DNA of 64,000 nt from Verrucomicrobiota bacterium. GTDB lineage: Bacteria > Verrucomicrobiota > Verrucomicrobiia > Opitutales > Coraliomargaritaceae. Positions 1-8,500 of the stretch are shown piece after piece; within the stretch, counting starts at the first letter, position 1; each line of letters begins with the position of its first letter. Location: the NCBI GenBank assembly GCA_039815375.1, contig JBCBZJ010000016.1, forward strand, positions 1-64,000. The letters are read 5' to 3'. The translations under genes were made by a program, and so were the position numbers. The notes below the pieces were generated by a model that was not told the DNA's origin, made no database searches, and worked only from the letters and a program-made list of their open reading frames with translations.

Positions 1-535
1 CCCTGCCCTTCCACCAGAACCGATTTAAAGCGCTCCGCCCAGAGCGTGCCATAGCGCTGATGGGAACGGTTATACCAGACCGAGAAACGCTGTTTTACCG
101 CTTTCATGTATTCCGAGACATCACCCATCCGGGCCAACAGTCTCCTCCGAATCACCTCAGCTTCCTCACCACCGCCCTTCAGCTCCTTCTCCATCACCCC
201 GATCGAAGCGGTCTGGTATTTGGTCGGTTTCGGGTAAAGCACCCGGTAGCGCCGCAATAGCTCACGATCAGAGACTTTAGAGACATCCGGAACCCGTAGG
301 AGCACATGGAAGTGGTTCGACATCACGCAATACGTCAGCAGCTCCACCCCGCAGAAATCAGCCACCTGACCAAGCATCTTTCTCAAAACCTCCCTTTGCT
401 TTTCAAGTCGCCCAAAGGGCACCCACTTTCAAAGTCTCTTCGAGACTCACTTCGATCGCCATCTACGTGCTACCGCACTTCGTCCCTATCCTGAAAGAGA
501 CGCTCACCATTCACCGTCCGTGTCATCGTGTGATA
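1..535 (-). pseudogene. REP-associated tyrosine (HUH/Y1, RAYT-type) transposase, interrupted by an insertion; runs off the window edge
   Basis: Manual minus-strand translation: YHTMTRTVNGERLFQDR | insertion with in-frame TAG and frameshift | EVLRKMLGQVADFCGVELLTYCVMSNHFHVLLRVP...MKAVKQRFSVWYNRSHQRYGTLWAERFKSVLVE. Contains the HUH motif (NHFH) and the G-x-L-W-x-x-R-F-K-S motif. No convincing start codon upstream of YH. Confidence 0.9.
391..487 (-). mobile_element. 87-nt hairpin-rich insertion element (copy 1) with 5-bp direct repeats
   Basis: TCCCT at 391-395 and 483-487 flanks 396-482. Removing the element plus one repeat restores the transposase frame. Three hairpins; homologous to 1597-1675. 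Confidence 0.8.
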
Positions 536-596
536 TCGGTCGGGATAGCGAAACGAAATTAGAATCTTTAGGTTAATGAGGCATCTTGTCTCAGAT

Positions 597-1013
597 TCAC
601 TGCATGCCATCAACACCCTTACCTTTGGTAGTAACTGATTTTTGAGGGTCAGCAATTGTGCCATCTGCAAGAATTATGCGGGAGAAAGTGACTTTGGCCG
701 TTGTGGGTTTGCTTTGCGTATCGACTGTCAGCTTGAAGCTTTGAGCCTTTTCGGGCTGGAGTGGTTCCTTAGCAGCGGAATCACCTCCGATGATCCACTG
801 AGCTTTGTTGCCGACAACCTTGCCACCATCATCCATTAAAAATACCCAGACGCGGGCATCCTTAATCCCTTGCTCAAAAGTATTGTTCGCTTCGAGCTCA
901 ACCAAGGATGTATTCGAGCTGGCATCCAAAGACGAAACTGAAACCTCAAGATTTGCGAACATTGGCAAACACATTACCCCTAGGCTAATATACGTTAAAA
1001 ATAATAATTTCAT
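597..1013 (-). CDS. Hypothetical secreted beta-rich protein (138 aa)
   Basis: ORF with hydrophobic N-terminal signal peptide, alternating beta-strand pattern, low GC. Confidence 0.7.
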   Translation of the reverse strand: MKLLFLTYISLGVMCLPMFANLEVSVSSLDASSNTSLVELEANNTFEQGIKDARVWVFLMDDGGKVVGNKAQWIIGGDSAAKEPLQPEKAQSFKLTVDTQSKPTTAKVTFSRIILADGTIADPQKSVTTKGKGVDGMQ

Positions 1014-1043
1014 TAGTAAAAATTCAAGTAAACTGTCTAGTCT

Positions 1044-1421
1044 TCAAGAAAAACCTTCCTTCCAATACATAAACCAAAGCAGCGTAGAAATCGTCAAAAT
1101 CAACCTGCTTCCTTCCGAAAAATTAAATTCCACTTCAATGGGTATACTTATAAATACTGGCGTAAAGACAGACATCTGGGCAATCAGGATGCTCGTGCCG
1201 TCAACTATGTTTATTTTAGTTGCACTGCTACTTCTGGAAACAAGCGAAAGCAAGTATTTCCGGTCTTCGTAATTAATTTCCGCAGAAGTCCAATCTGAGT
1301 TTAGAAGTGAAACCGGCGCGGTTCCTATCGTACCTCTACAATCTTCTAGGGCGATCTCAGTAGAATTCATCCTTTTATTATAACTCATCCAAGTGGGTAG
1401 TTCACTATAGCCAAACTCCAT
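1044..1421 (-). CDS. Hypothetical protein (125 aa), possible orphan immunity protein
   Basis: ATG-started low-GC ORF co-oriented with the RHS locus; no recognisable motif. Confidence 0.5.
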   Translation of the reverse strand: MEFGYSELPTWMSYNKRMNSTEIALEDCRGTIGTAPVSLLNSDWTSAEINYEDRKYLLSLVSRSSSATKINIVDGTSILIAQMSVFTPVFISIPIEVEFNFSEGSRLILTISTLLWFMYWKEGFS

Positions 1422-1493
1422 ACGATATATTCTTTTAGATGTTCGGCTTTAACCAATCAGAACTCTCATTCAATTCGGGACTGATTCAGCGGG

Positions 1494-1750
1494 GCACTGA
1501 GCCCCGACTAACTTGCCGCGACTGGCACAACAGGATATTATGAGGAGTTTCTGTGTGACGTGGAGAGAGCTTGTCGAACGTAACGGCACCGAGCGACGGA
1601 GCGCGACAGCGCGGAGATGGCGAAGCCCCGAAGGGGTGAGGAAGGTGGGTGCCCTCCGGGCAACCTGACGAACAAAGCGAAGAAGAAACTGCACATAATA
1701 TCAAGTTGTGCTACCAAGCGGCCTCACCTTCCACGGGCGGGGCTCAGTGC
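1494..1750. repeat. Nested inverted repeats (13-bp outer, 28-bp inner), attC-like or MITE-like shell
   Basis: GCACTGAGCCCCG (1494-1506) and CGGGGCTCAGTGC (1738-1750) are perfect reverse complements. 1525-1552 GCACAACAGGATATTATGAGGAGTTTCT matches the reverse complement of 1684-1711 at 24/28. Confidence 0.85.
1592..1680 (+). mobile_element. 79-nt hairpin-rich element (copy 2) with 5-bp direct repeats
   Basis: AGCGA at 1592-1596 and 1676-1680 flanks 1597-1675; 57/79 identity by hand alignment to the reverse complement of 396-482. Confidence 0.8.
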
Positions 1751-1946
1751 GGGGGCGTGGGTCCCGGGCGGCATTTGCAAGAGGGAGAGCCGAGAGGCGA
1801 TTGGACAGCGGCAGCCGTTGCAGAGTTGCCCGAAGAAGCGGCCAAGCAAAACAAGAGGCGATCCCGCATTGCGCGACAGCGGAGTTGACGAGAGCGAAGC
1901 CGGTAAGATCGCAATGCGATCTGTTAGGCGAAGCGAAAGGAGTTGA

Positions 1947-2573
1947 TCAGGTATCGAGGGATATTTCATCCCAAGGCTCATCACATAAGATCCAGTCAAG
2001 TGCCTTGCGGCGATTTGCTACAACGTAAATTGGAACAACATTGGAGATTTGCTTTCCGTTCATTCCAGCAGCAATTAATCCCCAGTGGAGACAATAGGCT
2101 AGATCAGCTTCGACAAGGACTTCTTCAATGCCCCTAAACTTGATGCTACTCCTAAATTTCTGGCTGCTTTCGCCAGTCTTCACATTAGGAAACAAGCCGA
2201 TAAAATCGTTCGAGCAAAGCTGAGAGAAGTCAAAGCTACTATGAATCGAGAGAGCCCAAGTTAGAGCCCACAAGGACTCTACTTGCCCTTGAAACGACTT
2301 ACTGTCACCGCTGCCTTCGATTAAGTATTTACGCTCAATCGGTGAAAGCTGGTCAGCTAAACCTTCATCTTCTAACCAGCTCAATGCCGATTCAGAGGGG
2401 AATCCATAGGAGTGTGCGACTACGCCAAAAAGCGATAGGCTGCGCGTCAGTATTTCTTCTGGAGATCGGGAGACCTCCACCTCGTCCAAAAGCGGCAAAG
2501 ACTCATTGATCGGATATCCTAGACGATTCGCAACCTTCAAGGAGCCCTGCCTGATTTCTGATAACTGCATCAT
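1947..2573 (-). CDS. DUF4272-like protein; candidate cognate immunity protein of the RHS toxin
   Basis: Motifs ESLWALTWAL, DLAYCLHW, RRKALDWIL and C-terminal WDEISLDT; starts 5 nt after the RHS stop codon. Confidence 0.8.
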   Translation of the reverse strand: MMQLSEIRQGSLKVANRLGYPINESLPLLDEVEVSRSPEEILTRSLSLFGVVAHSYGFPSESALSWLEDEGLADQLSPIERKYLIEGSGDSKSFQGQVESLWALTWALSIHSSFDFSQLCSNDFIGLFPNVKTGESSQKFRSSIKFRGIEEVLVEADLAYCLHWGLIAAGMNGKQISNVVPIYVVANRRKALDWILCDEPWDEISLDT

Positions 2574-2578
2574 AAAGC

Positions 2579-5500
2579 CTAGAAGAACGTTCCGAATCCA
2601 CCAGTTCCATTTGGTCCAGGGTGAAGGACTGGCTGAAGCATAGGATTAGTATGCTCTCCCGTGCGCAGAAGTTGCATCACATTGGGATTATCAATTGGAT
2701 GGTGCCATACTGCGCCCGGTGGGTTCAAGAAGTTACGTCCTGCACCTGAGTTCATATGCTGCAGGACATCCGTTCCCAACTCAGCATCAAACATACTTCG
2801 TAATTGTGGACTATTTCCTAGTTGGTCAGCTAAGAAATTATTAGCAGACGTTCTATGCGCCCCTCGAGTCGTTCCACTAATGGGTGCCTCAAAGATAGCT
2901 TCATACTGATTGAAGTTCGTCCGAACGACATCGTCTACTCTGTTTGTGGCATTGAATTTTTGTAGTGCGCGACCACTGGCTCCGATATCATTCGCATATC
3001 TCGCTGGAACTCGTAAAGCATCATCCAACAAGCCAACACCTCCGACTTCGAGCCCAACCGAAGCATAATTTAAGGCAGCCGATCCGTAGTTTCCCTCATC
3101 AAGATCCACTGCCGCATTGTAAGACTGACCAAATGCGCCGACTACTGGGAAGTTACTACTATAGTCCATTACGGCACCAATCATGGGAACTTTCTCTCCC
3201 CTCAACACCGCATTGCGTTTAGCATCTTCCCAACCTCCAACGAATGTGTCGTGAGCAGCATCCTTCATATTGTTACCAACACGATGGAATGAGAAATCCG
3301 ACACGTAGCCCGAGGTGGTAGACCAAGCATTCGCTACACCATCTTTAAATACATCCCATCCAGTCTCTCGAACATAAGGTTGCTCATCAAAATTACCAAA
3401 ATCGCCCATTGGACTGAAGGCATACGAGGAAAGCTCACCGCCTCTTCCGGTTGGATCGACAAAGTTGATCGGGTCGCCATTAGCGAAGGAATAGAGGTCC
3501 ATCGACTCAGCGTGGCCAAGCGGATCGGGCGAGAGGAAGCGCCCGGAAACAGGATCATAGCAGCGGGCACCCATGTGTATGTAGCCCGTCGGATCATAGC
3601 GATAGCCTCGCCATGCGCTGGCTTCCCATAGTTTTGTCGTGACACTCGTTGAGTCCGTTTCACCCCACTCTTTTGGCGGTGGCTCTGATGCGACTCCGTA
3701 AGCCGTCGTATTGGTCGACCCGTAAACAATTCTATCTTCGACTCCAGACTCTATGTGCGCAACAACGTTGCCTAAGGTATCCAGCATCAAGGGGAAGTAG
3801 GTCGATAGACTCTCAAGGTAGGCAGCACATAATCCACCAATGCCGTGTAGACCCCCGTAGCTCCCATTTAGATCGGGGCCATAAATCTTCCAAGTGCGTG
3901 CGTCGTTTAGGCTAACGGAGACCTCCATATAGAGGATTTGCGGATCAAAAGTGCTTAGGTAGAGGTCTCCAGAGGGAGCGGTTGTGCCACTCGTAATCGA
4001 CTTGTATTCGACCTTAAGTCGTCGACCCAAGGGATCGTAAGTGGCGGTAAATTCGAATCCGTTGTTACTCGAATCAAGTGTCGTCAATCGGAGCAGTCGT
4101 CCGTTCGAATCCCAAATTAGTGTCTGAGTAACACCATCCTGATTTTGGCGTTGCTTTGTGTAGCCCTGCTCGTCGTAGACACTGTTAGTCCACTGATCAT
4201 TGCCTGAAGGACTACGCTCAAATCGAGAAACCTTCGTTTCACCAATTACAGATCCAGATTTATCTACCGGTGTAGCGCTTAGCTCGTATTGACCTGGAGC
4301 CAAATCAAGAGGAGCCGACCAAGCACCGTCTGCTGCATCAGGGTTAAATTCAACTTCGCCTATTGTTGTCTCTACACCGGTGGATAGGTTTGTTAGCGAA
4401 ACGATAACATTACTGGCACCACTTGAGCTCCCAGAGGCAAAATCCTCTGTTGTATTTACATTGACTAAACCTTCGGCCTCGCGGTGCATGCGCGCAAAGC
4501 GATCCAATCCAGTAGCCGGAATAGACCATAAAGTGCCACTTGGAATGTGGGGACCTAAAACATCGAAAGGTGGAAGCGTATGATCGAGATGCTTTTTTCG
4601 TCTGAGCACCCCGAGCTTGGATGCGTCGAAACCATAGTCGATTTTAATAAGGAGTGAGGGATCTAGCAATGGTGGCCACGCATCAGAAGGAAAATCAGGG
4701 CCCCAATCCGGAAGTATAAATGGATTAGAGGGGGCATCGTCGGAAAAATATGAACTGGCAAGAAAGTCCCCGACCGTTTCATGAGTTAATTGCCCACGGG
4801 CATTGTAAGTATAAAGGCCCATGGCCGATTCGGGCACGGTATTATTGCCATTTGTGCGGCCTGATTCGTAAAAGCCTGTCTTTGAGCGAAGACCATCTAC
4901 CCGCCAAGACTGTAAGGCAACTAAATCACCAGTTCCTACAATACCGTTCGTCAAAGTCGTCCTACTCTCGGCCAGACGTCCTGCATCGTAAGTCTCATTA
5001 TATTCACAAAGACTAGTTGCCCAGCTACTCGACATTCCACTCAAAAGGCCGCTGGTGCCGCGACCGAAACTGAATGCTTCCGAACCACCAGAGGTGTGTA
5101 CTGTGTTCGAGGAGACATATCCATCAGGATCGTGGTCGAAGACATAGCGTTGGACCGCATCGCCCAACTCTCCGGTCAGCAGCTCGGTGCGGCGTCCGGC
5201 GGCATCCCACTTTTGCTGGTAGCTGCTGTGCGTAGCCGCAGCAATCTGGATCGTCTCCTGATACAGTTGACCATGACCATCAGTGAGCCATGAGACCGAG
5301 GTATCCTCGTATGCTGCACTGATATAGTCACGGGTGACACTGGTGCGCACACCACGACGGTCGTAGGTGGCTGTTGTCGTGTAGCCCTGAATATCCGTAT
5401 TACCGGAATGCGTTTCAACGAGCACACGGTTGAAAGCATCGAAGCTCGTGTAATCACTTCGCAATCCTCGGGACAGATCCTTGGAGGTTTTCAGGAGACC

Positions 5501-8500
5501 GACGTATGGCGTATTCGACGTATAATACTCGAAACTACGTTCACGCGTCTTCTGCCCCTTGTTCTCCAGCCAGGATTCACGTGTGCGCCCCGCCAAGTCG
5601 TAGCGGATCTGCTCCGTCATCCCCCCCGGCATAATACGGGAGACCATTTCTCCAGCATCGTTGTAAACGAACTCGGTCGTCGCACCGTCGGGCAGAGTCG
5701 TTTTATGCAGACGGTTGAGGCCGTCCCATTCGTAGCGGGTGCGCTGGCCCATATAATCCTGAAAGAGCACTCTATTACCCGCTAAATCGTAGCGAGTGAG
5801 CTGGAAGCGATCACCTGCGCTACCACGATTTATCGAAAGCACGGGCTGGCCCCAAGTGTCGCTGTAGACCTTTTGATGCACGAGAGGATCTGACGAACCG
5901 GGATCGCCGGCGACTGATTCCACCCAGTGATGATTGGGATCATACTTATAGGAGGTTAGTCTTACAGGGCTGGTTGTGGGAAGATCGTTGGCGGCCCAAG
6001 CGAGCCCTGTGTCGTAGACACGTTCAGAGACGATTCGCCCCAGACTATCCGTCTGCGACAGAGACAGTTCGCCGAGGGCATTTTCTGTCCAAACCAAAAG
6101 ACCGTCTTTCGAATAGGCCTGTGTTACGCTGATTTCCGCTGAGAAGCCTGCCTCTGCCGCATTGAGCGTTGTCGCTACCAATGGACGGCTCAGACCGTCG
6201 TAGGTCTGAGTCGATATGTAGCCACCGCGGTCGGTCGTAGAAACGACATTACCTCGGCGATCGGAGACGGTCACCTCAGTGACCGTAAGGCTGGATGCAG
6301 GATCGATGTGAATGCTATTATCAGCATTATAAAAGGTCCGAGTCATCGTACGATTGGCATCATCATAAGTAGTGAGCCAATAGTTGCCATTGGCGAGATA
6401 GTCTTTTTCCAGACGGCCATCGAGGTAGTAAGTCTTGTAGAGGATGGTCCCATCCGGATTCTGCTGCTCAGTCAACTGGCCACGACTATTATAGAAATAA
6501 AGCGTAATACCACCTCGCGCATTCACGTGTTTGGAAAGCTGGTGCCCCGCCTCGTATTCGTAGCGCTCAGTTGTGAGCAATTCACCACTGTCACCATCAA
6601 AGCATTCCAACTTAGTCAATTGCCCCAAAGCATCGTATTCAAAGAGTTTGTAGTGCCCACGTGGGTCGGTCTGCTTACGCAGGTTACCAAACTTATCGTA
6701 CTCGTAGGTCGTGATCGGCTGGTCGAGAATATCGTCTCCCGCATAGACCTCGACTCCGGAACCATCGGAGGCAGCCTGCGACTTCCAGCGGAGTTCAGCG
6801 ATGATGCGTCCAGCACCGTCGTAATCACGGAAGACATAATCCTCGGGGTCAGCTTTTGGGCCGTTCTCCCACGTGACCTCGCCGTTGCCATTGTAGTAGA
6901 CTTCAGCACGGCTTAAGAGGGCACCTGCACTATCGTAGGTTTCAGACCATGTCCGGCGACCTCGACCATCGTAGCTAAAGCGATGTGTCGTGGTCGTCCC
7001 GGTGGCGCCTTGGAACTTCGTTTCAACCAACTCGTTACGGTAGTTGTAGAAGAATTCGCTCACCGGATCAAGCGCTACATCCGGCGTTGGGTCCCAGCCA
7101 CTGGTTATCGTGTAGCTGGTCTGGCTGGTGGCATAACCACGGTGGTCGTAGGTGAACTTTTGGTGCGCCGCGTCGGGATGACTGTCTCCAGAGTTGGCAC
7201 TGCTGAGGCCCGAACTCGTCTGCTCGAGGAGACCTCGAGTGAAGAAACCCGTTTCAGAATCGTCGACTTCGGTATAGCTGTTGCGCGCAGCGGAAATCAA
7301 GGTGCCTCCCTCGGAGACTTCGACACGGGTCGGCAGATAGGGGTAATCGCTATCTTCGTAAAACGTGCGCGTCTCGATGCCGCTCTCGTCTCTTGCATAG
7401 GTGATCAGGTTGAGGGCGTCATACTCGGCGAGTGTCGTGGAAACATCGATACCGTCATTGAGACCATCCAGATCGCCGACTGTCTTTTGCTGAATGATGT
7501 TACCTCGACTGTCATACCAAAAGTATGTGATTAGGCCGCGCTTGTCTTTGCGCCATTTAAGACTGCGGGGGTAACCGCCAGGTGAGTTATCGCCAAATCC
7601 AGTGAAGTCGGTCTCGTCGGCGATCACACCGCTTGAGTCTGGTGCATCGTTTGGATCCGTATGTTTCTGGGTGCTTGTATTCTGGATGTCATAGCGTTCG
7701 GTATACCATGCCTGCTCGACCTGCGTGCCCAATGGATCACGGGTTAGTGTAATCAGCTCGTTTGTATACTCGTAGAGGGTGCAGTTGGTATCATTTGCTG
7801 CGTCCTGAGGCGTGGAGCCTGTGGGCGTGTCATTATAATCGTAGACTCGGGTCCAACCTGAGAGTGAATCGCCCTCCTCCGTATGGTCGTAGACGAAAGT
7901 CGCAATGCGCTCGAGCTGGGTGCCCTGCCCCACTGTGGCGCGTTGTTCGGTGACTCGCCGCTCGTCGTCATAGTCATTTTCGAGAATGCGTCCATCTGGT
8001 TTGATCACCCGAATAATCAAGTGAGCTGAATACTCCTCGCCTGAACCGTCGTCTGTACGCAGTTCGTAATCGTATTTGACCACACTGTTGTCTGGACGAA
8101 GGACCTGAACAAGATCTGCGTTTTCGTCGTAGATATATTTTAGGCGACGCCCGTCATTTGTATACGCATCTGTAACCAAGCCGGAGCTGTTATATTCGAA
8201 TCCGAGAAAAGCGCCGTTACTGCACTGAACCTTAATAAGCTGACCATAATCCCATCGGCCCTCATTCTCTCCAAACTCAAAGCTAAGTGTATTCCCACGA
8301 TTATCCTTCCACTCCTTTAAATAGGGCCGTACGCGATCAAGACTCCCTATTGGGTAACCGATTCCATCATCCTCAAAGGTTCGGAGCGATCCGTCGGATC
8401 CATACAAGCGATAGACATTGATACTACTTTCATTCGTTTTCTCGATACGCTGGGCATACAGGTTAGAGAGACCACCAACACCTACTGGACGAAAATTGGA

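Noticed and set aside
396..482. Group II intron (minus-strand GTGCG near the insert start)
   Set aside because: Only 87 nt, no domain V/VI, and the second copy reads GCGCG at that position.
1660..1695. Hammerhead ribozyme (CTGACGA...GAAAC)
   Set aside because: No stem II can form between the motifs, and copy 1 lacks CTGANGA.
1470..2028. Several overlapping 70-110 aa ORFs
   Set aside because: They run through GC-rich palindromic repeats, with Arg/Ala/Pro-biased translations and no motifs.
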